A DNA stretch of 64,000 nucleotides from contig JBFGLM010000016.1 in NCBI GenBank assembly GCA_041576165.1, positions 1 to 64,000 on the forward strand, written 5' to 3'. Position numbers and translations under genes: made by a program. Positions within the stretch are counted from its first letter, which is position 1; each line of letters begins with the position of its first letter. Below are positions 1 to 9,678 of the stretch, one piece after another. The stretch is from Acidimicrobiia bacterium. Its GTDB lineage: Bacteria > Actinomycetota > Acidimicrobiia > Spongiisociales > Spongiisociaceae. The notes below the pieces were generated by a model. It was not told the origin of the DNA. It was given only the letters and a program-made list of their open reading frames with translations, and did not search any database.

Positions 1-2975
1 CCGATGGCATGGCTGTCCACCAATCCCGCCGAGATGGAGTGGAACTGGAAGGCCAGGCGTCCGGCGCAGGCTTCGATGAACATCGCGCCATAGTCGGCGT
101 TGTAGAAGAACTGGCTGTCCGGGTCGAGTGACGGCGCCTGACCGCGCAGCGATTGTCCTCCCACGCCGTTGACGAAGTACGGAATACCGCCCTTCTGCAA
201 CCGCTCGTAGTTGTGATCGTGGCCGGCCAGGACGGCGTCGGCCCCCCAGGCCTCGAACGGCCACTGCAGTTCCGGGTTCGGTCCGTGCCGGGCACCTGAT
301 GAGAAGGGGGCGTGGTGTAAATACACGATCTGCCAGGGCGACGTAGACGCAGCGAGTTGGGTCTGGAGCCACTGAGCCTGGATCGAGGTGCTGGAACGGC
401 CGTCGGGTTCGTCCCCGTCGCTGTTGAGGACGAAGAAATGGACCGGACCTTGAACGAAGTCGTAGTACCGCTCGTTCCCGGAGGTGCCGCTGGTGGGAAT
501 GGCGCCCCCAGGCAGCGTGAAGTAATCGAGATACACGTCGATCCCGCCGAACTCGCTGTAGTCGTGGTTGCCGATTGCCGGGAAGAAACGATTGATCGCA
601 CTGCCGAGGCCGTAAGACCCGGTGTAGCTAGCGATGTAGTCGGAGTAGAACTGGCCGACTGCGTAGTCGGCGTCGTTGACATAGCGGTTGTCGCCTACCG
701 TGATGATGAAGTCGGGGTTCTGGGAAGCGACCATCGAGGCCACCAACCCCTCTTCGCAACAGCCCGCTCCGTAATCGCCGATCGCAGCGAACGTGACCGT
801 GGCCGGCGGCGGCGCGTCCGGATCGACTGCAGACAGAAGCACTGTGTCGCTGGCCGCCAAAGCGCCGTCGTCGGCGGTCACCTGCAGTTCGTACACACCG
901 GGCGCCGAGAACGTTGCCGTCGTCACGTTCGCGTTGGCGTCGGCGAACGTGACCGTCCCAGGCCCGCTCACCTGCGACCATGTGGTCGTCACCGCCGAGG
1001 GTGGGGCGGGAAGGAGATCATCGGCCACGGTTGCCTCGAGCGTTGCTGGCTGCGGGAACGTCACCGACTCCGCGCGCGCCTCCACCGTCGGCGCCCGGTT
1101 GGCAGGCGTGCCGGTGCCGGCGAACTCGATGTGGAGTAATGGTCCGGCCGCCGGGTCACTGTCGAACGGTGCAGCTACCCGGGCACCCGACCCGGTGATG
1201 ACGAGGGCTACCGCGTTGCCCGCCACCCATCCGGGCCGGTCGATGACCTCCTGCACCACCGCCGTGAGATCGGGTGTCTGCTGATCCGCGCCGGCGACGC
1301 GCTTCGTGTCCCATGGGGGCGGCGACCACGCCACTGACGCAGAGGTGAGACTGCGAGCGCTGATGTCGAATGGTGTGTTCGAGAAGGTGGGCGCGTCGTC
1401 GATTGCGTGAGCGCCGATATCGAGGGTGGAGGGAGCGGTCGAGACGTCGTGGACCTGGAATTGGACCCACGCGGCAGTCACGGTGGCGCCCTGCGGCACG
1501 TTGGCGAAGAAACGCAAACCCACGTCGAACGAGCCCAGCGTCAGGTCCCTCCCGGTGCGCGAAATGTTGCCGGTGGCATCCTCTTCGGCGTCGTCGTGGC
1601 TGGCGGCGATGCGGACGTCGACCACGCCCTCGTTGTCGATGATGGTGGCCGACGCCGAACCAGGCGGGGTTATGCCGTAGGTGGAGTCCGGGGTGAGTAT
1701 CACCGTGACCGTCTCTGGCGGTTCTGTGGCGGCGTCGTCGATCGCCAAAACCCCAACGGTCTCGGACGTCTGGCCGGCCGGGATGAGCACGCTGCCGGGA
1801 AGCGCCATGTAGTCGGCGTCGGCGGTAGCGTCGCCGGCGACGCTGTAAACGACCGTCAGGGCACCGTCAGTCGGGCCGGAGCGGGTGAACGTGAATCCGG
1901 CGTCGTCGGCCGGATCCGCTCCCTCGATGGCGGTCGGATCGGTTGCTGTGACAGATACGATCGGCAATCCCGCATCGACGACCGTCACGGTTGCGCTGAC
2001 AGGACTGCCGGCGGAATAGCCGGGCCCGTCCACCACCGTCACATCGACCGTCTCCGAGCCCTCGGGATCCTGGTCCGCCAGAGCGGTCACAGCGACGTCT
2101 GCCCATTGCTGGCCGGCCCCGATCACCACGGTCCCGGACAGCGCGGCGTAGTCCACGTCTGGGGTGGCGGTGCCCCCGACGGTGTAGCTGACGGTCACAG
2201 CCTGATCGGTGGGACCGGAGCGGGTGAATCGGAACACGCCGTCATCGGCCAGGCTGGGATCCTCGGCCGCCACCGAGTCGACTGCCTCCACCGAGACCGC
2301 CGCCGAGTATTCGATGTGGAGGAGGGGCGCGGCGCTGGCGATTCCGTTGTACGACTCGACCGTGCGCCGGCCGCTGCCGGTGATGACGATGGCGATGGCG
2401 TTGCCGGCCGTCCATCCCGGTCGATCCACAAGCTCTTGGATGATGGGGACCAAGCTCGGAGTCTGCTGATCGGGACCCGCCTCGCCCACTGTGTTCCACA
2501 CCGGCGGGCTCCAACTGACGGTGTTCGAGGTCGGGGTACGGGACGACACGTTGAAGTCGACGCTTGCGAAGGGTGCGGCGTCGTCTGTTGCTTGGGCGGC
2601 GATCGTGAGGGTGGTCGGGTCGGTCCGGACTTCGTCGACCTGGAACTGGATCCAGGCAGCATCGATGTGTGCACCGCGCGGCACTGAGACGCCAGTGAGG
2701 CGGATCCCCACTGTCTGCTCTCCCCGGCTGGGATCGAGTGTCAGCTCCAGATCGCTGCTGCCAGTCGACACGACGCCGGCGGCCGACTCTTCGACATCGT
2801 CGTCGCCCGACGCCACCCGGGTCTCGACCACAACCGGGTCGGCCGCTGCGGCGATGTTGGCGGGCGTGAGAGTAAGACTGGCAGCGACGAGCAGAAACGC
2901 CAGTGCGGCGCCTGCAGGCGACGCCAGCCGATCATTCCTCGCGCGCTCGGCACCTGAGGTGGTTTCAGCGAACAC
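1..2975 (-). CDS. Large secreted multidomain metallophosphoesterase (signal peptide, 2x repeated beta domain, 2x Calx-beta-like, PKD/Ig-like, purple-acid-phosphatase-like domain); 3' end runs off the window
   Basis: Absent from the ORF track because it has no stop in the window. Manual translation from GTG 2975 (GAGGGG upstream) gives MFAETT...ALAFLLVAASLTLTPANIAAAADP. The same frame near 800-1 gives FAAIGDYG...GDNRY...GNHDY...HH...LAGHDHNYER, the calcineurin-like phosphoesterase motifs. Confidence 0.85.
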   Translation of the reverse strand, partial: MFAETTSGAERARNDRLASPAGAALAFLLVAASLTLTPANIAAAADPVVVETRVASGDDDVEESAAGVVSTGSSDLELTLDPSRGEQTVGIRLTGVSVPRGAHIDAAWIQFQVDEVRTDPTTLTIAAQATDDAAPFASVDFNVSSRTPTSNTVSWSPPVWNTVGEAGPDQQTPSLVPIIQELVDRPGWTAGNAIAIVITGSGRRTVESYNGIASAAPLLHIEYSAAVSVEAVDSVAAEDPSLADDGVFRFTRSGPTDQAVTVSYTVGGTATPDVDYAALSGTVVIGAGQQWADVAVTALADQDPEGSETVDVTVVDGPGYSAGSPVSATVTVVDAGLPIVSVTATDPTAIEGADPADDAGFTFTRSGPTDGALTVVYSVAGDATADADYMALPGSVLIPAGQTSETVGVLAIDDAATEPPETVTVILTPDSTYGITPPGSASATIIDNEGVVDVRIAASHDDAEEDATGNISRTGRDLTLGSFDVGLRFFANVPQGATVTAAWVQFQVHDVSTAPSTLDIGAHAIDDAPTFSNTPFDISARSLTSASVAWSPPPWDTKRVAGADQQTPDLTAVVQEVIDRPGWVAGNAVALVITGSGARVAAPFDSDPAAGPLLHIEFAGTGTPANRAPTVEARAESVTFPQPATLEATVADDLLPAPPSAVTTTWSQVSGPGTVTFADANANVTTATFSAPGVYELQVTADDGALAASDTVLLSAVDPDAPPPATVTFAAIGDYGAGCCEEGLVASMVASQNPDFIITVGDNRYVNDADYAVGQFYSDYIASYTGSYGLGSAINRFFPAIGNHDYSEFGGIDVYLDYFTLPGGAIPTSGTSGNERYYDFVQGPVHFFVLNSDGDEPDGRSSTSIQAQWLQTQLAASTSPWQIVYLHHAPFSSGARHGPNPELQWPFEAWGADAVLAGHDHNYERLQKGGIPYFVNGVGGQSLRGQAPSLDPDSQFFYNADYGAMFIEACAGRLAFQFHSISAGLVDSHAI

Positions 2976-3120
2976 CCTGGACCCCCTCTGCCCCGCAGAG
3001 GAGTCTACGCCTCACTCGCGGGGATGGGTGAGTTTTCCTGGCGGGTGGTGGAGGTAATGGTCCGCTCGAATTCGTCCGGCTTTCGTGAACAAACCTCCTC
3101 GGAAGTGCCGGCGCCGCCCA

Positions 3121-3722
3121 TACGGGCGGCTGGGGTCACTGAACGCCGGCTCCACGAAGGCCTATCAGAAGCGGTGGAAACGCTATGAGAAGCCCAGCCC
3201 GGACACCGTGTGCAGGTTGACGTCAAGTTCATCACCCCCGTCGGCGCGAAGGGGAAGCGGTTCTACCAGTTCACCGCCATCGATGACTGCACCCGCCTCC
3301 GGGTCCTCCGGGCGTATCCGAGGTGTAATCAGAAGACCGCCATCCAGTTCCTCGACTACTTCTTGGCCAAGCTGCCGTTCCGGGTGGAGGTGATCCAAAC
3401 CGACAATGGTGGCGAATTCGGATCCCAGTTCCATGTCCGCGTCCTCGACCGGGGCATCCGCCACGTTTACATCAAGCCCGCCACCCCCCGCCTGAACGGC
3501 AAAGTCGAGAGATCCCACCGCATCGACGAAGAGGAGTTCTACCGGATGCTCGACGGTGCAGTCGTCGATGACACCGACCTGTTCAATGACCGCCTGCAAG
3601 AGTGGGAGGACTTCTACAACTTCAACCGGCCCCACGGAAGCCTCGACGGACAAACCCCATACGAACCGTTGAAACAGAAGACCCAGAGCCCGCCGGTGTA
3701 AGCAGTCACCGTCAGTTGCACA
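3121..3722 (+). mobile_element. IS481-family insertion sequence remnant (5'-truncated, frameshifted transposase; right end ...GTCAGTTGCACA)
   Basis: ORF 3210-3701 has an rve/DDE core (QVDVKF, AIDDCTR, IQTDNGGEF, NGKVERSHR, YNFNRPHGSL). The upstream RWKRYEKP is in a different frame. A terminal ACA typical of IS481 lies at 3722. Confidence 0.8.
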
Positions 3723-3854
3723 GCGGCCCGATGGGGCCCGATGGGGGAATGTGAAATCCGGTGTATCTGCCTGTTGGCCGTGACGTGCTGACCCGCTCTT
3801 GGGGGTGGGCGGACAGGACAGGCAGCGACGGAATCAGCAGAGGCATCGCTGGGG

Positions 3855-4180
3855 GTGCTGCTGACACCTCACGATTCCAGGACTCTGATTGCGATGAGAG
3901 GTGGGTTGGTGGTAGCGGCGGTGGCCACCATGTTGGGTGTGAGCTGGCCGCTTCTGCTCGCCGGCGTGCCGGGTGACCTGTTGTTGTCCGTCGGAGCCAA
4001 GGTCGGTTGGCCGCCTTTCCGGCTTGTGACCGCGGTCTGGTGCTCACCTCCGCCGTGCTGATCGATGCGTTGTTTCTTGCGATGTCCGGCGATCCTCCCC
4101 TCACGGCAGTAGCGGTCAGCCTGGGTGCATCGGTCGCGAACAGCGGACGGGTCCAGCGTTGATCAAGAAGGGTTGACTGT
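3855..4180 (+). pseudogene. Probable fragment of a membrane protein gene
   Basis: Hydrophobic segments are split across two frames (GGLVVAAVATMLGVSWPLLLAG / LVLTSAVLIDALFLAM). Confidence 0.3.
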
Positions 4181-4360
4181 GTGTTCTCAGTTCACGGGGG
4201 CGAGACGCTTGTGTTGGCGGCGGTCTCGACCACGGCCCCTCCGGAAATGCAAGACCCATTGAACCAGGACCGGCCGGAACCTCCTCGCCACGCTGTGCGG
4301 TCACACCGAGCCCAACCGGTAGCGCTCGAAGTGCCGATCCAGCGCACTGAGCCAAGCTCG

Positions 4361-4999
4361 TTACGTCACGTATTGGATGATCGGCGCTGCGCGCCTGGTG
4401 ACCATTGCGACCGTTGCCACCCAAATCGGGAGCAGCAACATCGTGATCACGGACGGTCCCGTGACGACGAGCAGCACTGCGGCCACGACCGTGACCCGCC
4501 TCAACCATGTCGGGAAAGCGGCGAGACGAGTCGAAGCCACCATCAAGGCGCTTGCCGGGATGGCAGACCCCACGACCAACAAGATGTACCCAAAGTGAGG
4601 AAGCACAGGCTGTGCAGTCACGAGTCCCGGATCGCCATAGAAGTCACCGAGCAGCAGGCTGGCCGGCACCGTGAGAAAGGCAGCGCCCGCCATCAGCATC
4701 GAGACTGCGGCGAGTCCACCACCGACACGCATCACCACCGACGAAGGTCGTGTCGCCTCACCCATCGCAGCAAGCTGGAGCGCGAACGTGCCAAACGCGA
4801 CTGCCGAGACCATCACCAACAACGACCCGGTCACGTCGAGTGCTCGATGCGCGTGATCCGAGAAGATCTCGGTGTAAGCGTTCTCAGGATCAGCGAACGC
4901 TCCCGCCTGGTCCCCCACCAGGAGGAGACCCACAAAGAATGTGACAGCGAAGATCCCACCAGAGACGGGCCCCGATCGCCTCCACGTCTCATCGGTCAT
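4361..4999 (-). CDS. Hypothetical integral membrane protein (~6 TM)
   Basis: 212-aa ORF with multiple hydrophobic helices; TAGCTT -10 box 6 nt before the ATG (leaderless). Confidence 0.75.
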   Translation of the reverse strand: MTDETWRRSGPVSGGIFAVTFFVGLLLVGDQAGAFADPENAYTEIFSDHAHRALDVTGSLLVMVSAVAFGTFALQLAAMGEATRPSSVVMRVGGGLAAVSMLMAGAAFLTVPASLLLGDFYGDPGLVTAQPVLPHFGYILLVVGSAIPASALMVASTRLAAFPTWLRRVTVVAAVLLVVTGPSVITMLLLPIWVATVAMVTRRAAPIIQYVT

Positions 5000-5157
5000 G
5001 GATCGAAGCTACCAAAAGCGCGCCGCCGAAGCACACCCCTTCCGCGGTCCGGTACATCGTCGTCTCTTGCCTATCCATAGCTCCGCCTGCCGGAGGAAGA
5101 GGCGTCCGACGGGCGTTGCGGCGCTATCCCGATGATTGCGCGCGCGTATGGTTCCCG

Positions 5158-5540
5158 GTGGTGAAGGTTGTGATTCAGACGGTGGGCAGCGCCGGCGACA
5201 CGCATCCGTTTCTCGCTGTCGGCGCGGCGCTGCAGCAGCGCGGACACGATGTTCTGGTTTTGGGCAATGCGGTCTTTGCCGCTGCCGCCGACCAGGCCGG
5301 AGTGTCGTTCCTTCCTACCGGGCACGTCGAGTCGTCTCCATCGAAGACCCGGCCTTGTGGAACTCACGTAAGAGCGTGCGGGCCATGATGCGGGGGATGG
5401 TGATCCCTGACCTTCGAGCAACGGTCGCTGCATCGAGGCACAGCTGGCTGCAACGTCGGTCCTCGTCGGTAGCACCACCGGGTTTGCGGCAAGGATCGTC
5501 CGTGAGCTCCACGACGCCCCGCTGGTAGTTGCCCAATTGG
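5158..5540 (+). pseudogene. Family-1 (GT-B, RhlB-like) glycosyltransferase N-terminal remnant
   Basis: VKVVIQTVGSAGDTHPFLAVGAALQQRGHDV is the GT1 N-terminal motif. It continues in another frame (IEDPALWNSRK...), then degrades. Confidence 0.7.
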
Positions 5541-5949
5541 CACCAGTCGTGTTCCGATGAAGGCCGCAGCCACGGCTTGAGGTCAGTGCCAGCCTGGGGT
5601 CTGACACCTGGCTAGCCGAATATGACAAACGCGAAACATCTCCTGACCGGACTGGATGAATGGGTTCGGAAATGTGGTGTTGTGTGTTCGGCAGGACTCG
5701 AACCCGACCGCTCTCGCAGTCCTCCTCTCGAGGGATCCGGCGCACATAACCCTCATGGCGGGGAGCGATATGGCGCACTCCATTCCGAGCCGATCTGGCA
5801 GTTCTGCCCCGCTCGCCCAAGTTGCTATCTCAGACCTCGAACCGAGTGGCCATACCGAGATCGGGTGCTAACCGGATGACGCTCAAAGGCCTGCCTGGGT
5901 GTGCCCACACCGAGCAGTTGGCAGCGTTCCGTCGCTCCCATCCTCCAGC

Positions 5950-6264
5950 TCAGTCGGTACTGCATAGCAGGCGCAACTTGGCGACGATGGCTCCGAGATT
6001 GATACTCCACCCAACGCCGAACACCCGGCTGACGACGATGGCGCCATCAGGGTTCCACAACGTACTCTTGGTTCTCTCGACCGTGGGCATTCGTAAGTCG
6101 TATGGCACGAACCCGCCGAGAGCACCGTGCCACGTTCGTTCCTCCTGCGGCAGGCGCAGTTCCTTGATCACTGCCACGATCGCCAAGACCGCAGTCAGCA
6201 GTCTCAAGGCCGTCATGACGTCCGGTCGGCGCTTCGTATCGGGAGCGGTAGCTGGCTTTCCCAT
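5950..6264 (-). CDS. DUF5808-like small membrane protein
   Basis: WNPDGAIVVSRVFGVGWSINLG motif; leaderless TAGCCT-6nt-ATG. Confidence 0.7.
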   Translation of the reverse strand: MGKPATAPDTKRRPDVMTALRLLTAVLAIVAVIKELRLPQEERTWHGALGGFVPYDLRMPTVERTKSTLWNPDGAIVVSRVFGVGWSINLGAIVAKLRLLCSTD

Positions 6265-6554
6265 AAGCCAAGGCTAGCGATGGGTCTCCTGGCTCAAGAG
6301 TCGAACGCCCCGGGCGGCGCGGGAGCGTTACGTGCCCAGATCCCGTGATCTGAGTGTCGCCCGCCTCTCACACAGAGATGACGACCTTTCCTTGCGCCGT
6401 GTCCCTCGTCGAATTGCCGGGAAGATTGCGTCGACATCGTTCCGGTGATCGGGCCCCTGGGCTCGACGGCGGGCTCGTTCGGGCTCGGTCGCGATTGCCT
6501 TCGCTCGTGCCTGCTCGATCACGACCCGTGGCGCCCACAGCCCGTTACTCGAAT

Positions 6555-6881
6555 ATGCGGAAGACGGTGTGGGACCTGACACGAAAGTCGGTCGGCGAGA
6601 ATCTCGACGGCATCAGGCCCCACGATCTCCGGCACACCTGCGCATCATTGATGCGGGCGGCAGGGGCCGATGTCAAGGCGAGCCAACAGCAGCTCGGTCA
6701 CCGGAACGCCACGGTGACGCTCAACACCTACACGCACCTGTTCGAGGGTGACCTGGCGGTGGTGATGGACCGTCTGAACGCACAATTGACGATCGATTCG
6801 CGTCCTGAGCCAGGTTTGTCGACTTCCCTCAAACGAACAAAAACCCTGGCTGACCAGGCGGTTCATTGGCTCCGGGGGTGA
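6555..6881 (+). pseudogene. Tyrosine recombinase/integrase C-terminal remnant next to tRNA-Asn
   Basis: IRPHDLRHTCAS...LGHRNATVTLNTYTHLF (HxLRH, LGH, catalytic Y). The N-terminal domains are absent, and the ORF ends inside the tRNA 3' end. Confidence 0.8.
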
Positions 6882-6942
6882 GACTCGAACTCACAACCAA
6901 CGGATTAACAGTCCGCTGCTCTGCCGATTGAGCTACCCCGGA
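6867..6942 (-). tRNA. tRNA-Asn(GTT)
   Basis: TCCGGGGTAGCTCAATCGGCAGAGCAGCGGACTGTTAATCCGTTGGTTGTGAGTTCGAGTCTCACCCCCGGAGCCA; cloverleaf, GTT anticodon, encoded CCA. Confidence 0.97.
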
Positions 6943-7013
6943 ATGGATAGGCGGGCATCGTACCAGGTGTGGAACAATGGTCTGTCTGAGTATCGACCGG
7001 GAGGCACGCCACC

Positions 7014-7229
7014 ATGAGGTTCGTCAGCGGCATCGCAATCGGCACCGCCATCGGCTACATCCTCGGCGCCCGAGCCGGTCGCGAACAATACGAGCGCCTC
7101 ACCGCGATCGCCGAGTCGGCGATCAGCAGCGAGCAGCTGAACCAGTTCGTCGACATTGAGAAGATCAAGACCAAGCTGGGAAACGGCATGGCGACCGCCT
7201 CCGAGGCCATCCGGCACGCAGCCGACTGA
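7014..7229 (+). CDS. Small YtxH-like membrane-anchored protein
   Basis: GIAIGTAIGYILGARAGREQYE motif; GGAGG SD upstream. Confidence 0.75.
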   Translation: MRFVSGIAIGTAIGYILGARAGREQYERLTAIAESAISSEQLNQFVDIEKIKTKLGNGMATASEAIRHAAD

Positions 7230-7287
7230 CGGAGGCGCCGGCCGGCCCGCACGCACGCCAAAATCCTCAGCACGACCCCCTTCCACC

Positions 7288-7324
7288 TGTCACAGGCCAC
7301 CTCTATAATCGAACATATGTTCGA
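7288..7324 (+). promoter_or_regulatory. DNA-damage promoter: TGTCAC-N10-TATAAT (RecA-NDp/PafBC-like) overlapped by a LexA SOS box TCGAAC-ATAT-GTTCGA
   Basis: TGTCAC 7288-7293, TATAAT 7304-7309, perfect palindrome 7309-7324 covering the ATG at 7317. Confidence 0.85.
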
Positions 7325-8423
7325 TACCGACCAGGACACCGCCGTTTCAATAGACGATTTGGAGCAGGAGCTGCTCACGGCGCAGGCTCTGATCGGCCGG
7401 GTCCAAGCCCACCAGCTCCGCCTCTTACGCCAGCTTGACTCCGCCCAGGTCGCCACCGCCGACGGCGCGCGCAATCTCGCCGAGTGGGCCGCCGCTCGTC
7501 TCGACATGGACCCGAGACGCGCTAGGGAGCTGATCCGAACCGCCCGATCGCTGGCAGACCATCCCGACCTGGAGGACGAACTGGCCGAGGGCGTCTCATC
7601 GTTTGACCGGGTCCGCGCCACTGCGGAGCTTGCCGACTCCGGGGCACCGGACACCGCCGTTGACACCAGCCGCGGTCTCGACATAACGGGCGTCCGGCGC
7701 CTGGCCCGCCGCTGGCACCGCATCACCCCCCAGCAGGAAGCGGCCAGCTTCGGGCAGCGGTATCTGATGCTCCAGCCGAGCCTCGACGAGTCATCTTGGA
7801 CCGGCTGGTTCCGACTCCCAGGTCTGGATGGGCGCATCCTCGACCGCGCACTCGACGAACGCGCCGACGAATTCCCGCGGGATGACAGTACACGAGGCCA
7901 GCGCCGGGCCGATGCCCTCAGCAGCATTGCGCAGGACTCATTGACCGGGAGCACCGGCGAAGGACCCGACCCCGTCACCCACCTGGCCAGTGTCTTCATC
8001 GACGCCGACGCCCTGGCCGGTACCAACGGCGAGGCCGGGGGCGAACTCGATGTAGGTCCCCGAATCGGGCCACAGGTGCTCCAAGAACTGCTTTGCACCG
8101 GCTCGGTCGAATTGATCAAGCGCACGCGTGGCAAGTTCCTGGGAGTCGGCCGCAAGAGTCGAGTCATACCGAGGGCGCTTCGTCGGGCGGTCATACACCG
8201 GGACGGCGGATGCGCCGTGGACGGCTGTCAGAGTCGCTACCGGCTCCAGGCCCACCACATCCTGCCGCTCCCCCTCGGTGAGACCGAACCGGAAAACCTG
8301 GTGACGCTGTGTTGGTACCACCATCACGTTGTTGTTCACGGCCGAGGTTTGGCCATCGATCCCGATTCGCCACCGGGTCGGGTGCGGTTCATCCGACGCC
8401 CGGGACGGGGACCGCCGGGCTGA
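7317..8423 (+). CDS. DUF222 (13E12-repeat-like) HNH endonuclease
   Basis: QRRADAL, RALRRAVIHRDGGCAVDGC, QAHHI...NLVTLCWYHH signatures. Confidence 0.9.
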   Translation: MFDTDQDTAVSIDDLEQELLTAQALIGRVQAHQLRLLRQLDSAQVATADGARNLAEWAAARLDMDPRRARELIRTARSLADHPDLEDELAEGVSSFDRVRATAELADSGAPDTAVDTSRGLDITGVRRLARRWHRITPQQEAASFGQRYLMLQPSLDESSWTGWFRLPGLDGRILDRALDERADEFPRDDSTRGQRRADALSSIAQDSLTGSTGEGPDPVTHLASVFIDADALAGTNGEAGGELDVGPRIGPQVLQELLCTGSVELIKRTRGKFLGVGRKSRVIPRALRRAVIHRDGGCAVDGCQSRYRLQAHHILPLPLGETEPENLVTLCWYHHHVVVHGRGLAIDPDSPPGRVRFIRRPGRGPPG

Positions 8424-8514
8424 CCCCCACCACCTCCAGCCATAGGTCGTCCGACAACCTCAGCACATGGTGTCGGCGCCGACGACCCACCGCCGGCGGC
8501 CATCACCTCTACGC

Positions 8515-9678
8515 CTACCCGTCGCCGAGGTACCCCTCGAGCCGTTTGGCCCGCGTCGGGTGGCGCAACTTCGCCAGTGCTTTCGTTTCCAGCTGGCGTA
8601 TACGTTCGCGTGTCACGTTGAAGTGGCTCCCGACCTCTTCCAGGGTCCGCACCCGCCCATCGGCCAGCCCGAACCGCATGACGATGACCTGACGCTCGCG
8701 CTCGTTCAGATCCTCCAACGCGTGGCCGACGTACTCTTGCAGCAGCTTGAACGCAGCCGCTTCCACCGGGACCACCGCCTCGGAATCCTCCACGAAGTCG
8801 CCCAGCGTTGAGTCGTCCTCCTCCCCCAGCGGCGTCTCCAGCGACACTGGGTCCTGGGCGATTCGGCGCAACTCGGTCACCCGGTCGGGATCGACCTCCA
8901 ACTCGCTGCCGATCTCCTCGATGGTCGGCTCCCGGCCCAGCTCCTGCATGAGGGTGCGCTGGACCTGCGCCAGCTTGTTGATTGTTTCCACCATGTGCAC
9001 CGGCACCCGGATCGTCCGAGCCTGGTCTGCCAGCGCCCGGGTGACGGCCTGGCGGATCCACCAGGTGGCGTAGGTCGAGAACTTGAAACCCTTGCGATAG
9101 TCGAACTTCTCCACGGCTCGCATCAGACCGAGGTTGCCTTCCTGAATGAGGTCAAGCAGCGGCATTCCCCGCCCGACGTACTTCTTGGCGATCGATACCA
9201 CCAGCCGGAGGTTGGCTTCCACCAGCCGCTTCTGGGCGGCATCGCCCTGCCGCCGGGCCCGCTCGAGGATGACCCGATCTTCGGTGGAGACCTCCTCTCC
9301 GCTCTCCTTTTGGGTCTTGAGCTTCTCGGTCGCCCGGTTGCCCTGCTCGATTTGCATCGCTAGTTCGACCTCTTGCTGCGCGGTGAGCAGCGGCACCCGG
9401 CCGATCTCCTGGAGGTACATGCGCACGGGGTCGGACACCGACACCAACTCCTCGGCCGAGATCGGCTGATGGAGCGCGTCGGGACCGTCCTCGACGATTC
9501 TGAGTCTCTGTTCGATCAGCGCGTCGAACACCATGTCGAACGACTGGGGCGGGGCCTCGTTGTCTTCCAGCTCCTGCTGGATCTCGGCCATCGTCAGGAA
9601 CCCGCGTTGCTGGCCGCGGATCCCGAGGTCGTCGATGATCTTGGTGAGGATGGGGTCGACGGTCTGTTGGGTGGTCAT
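8515..9678 (-). CDS. rpoD: Primary RNA polymerase sigma factor
   Basis: [45 protein letters not shown]. Confidence 0.97.
   Translation of the reverse strand: MTTQQTVDPILTKIIDDLGIRGQQRGFLTMAEIQQELEDNEAPPQSFDMVFDALIEQRLRIVEDGPDALHQPISAEELVSVSDPVRMYLQEIGRVPLLTAQQEVELAMQIEQGNRATEKLKTQKESGEEVSTEDRVILERARRQGDAAQKRLVEANLRLVVSIAKKYVGRGMPLLDLIQEGNLGLMRAVEKFDYRKGFKFSTYATWWIRQAVTRALADQARTIRVPVHMVETINKLAQVQRTLMQELGREPTIEEIGSELEVDPDRVTELRRIAQDPVSLETPLGEEDDSTLGDFVEDSEAVVPVEAAAFKLLQEYVGHALEDLNERERQVIVMRFGLADGRVRTLEEVGSHFNVTRERIRQLETKALAKLRHPTRAKRLEGYLGDG

Noticed and set aside
357-3057. Long plus-strand ORFs (357-1139, 1407-2687, 2491-3057)
   Set aside because: Antisense shadows of the minus-strand phosphoesterase gene; typical of high-GC codon bias.
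3046-3072. TGGTGGAGGTAATGG...CTCGAA as a tRNA-Ala-like att scar
   Set aside because: Too short and too degenerate to support.
3724-3747. Tandem GGCCCGATGGG repeat at the IS end
   Set aside because: Only two copies with no spacers; not CRISPR, and it cannot be shown to be a target-site duplication without the left end.
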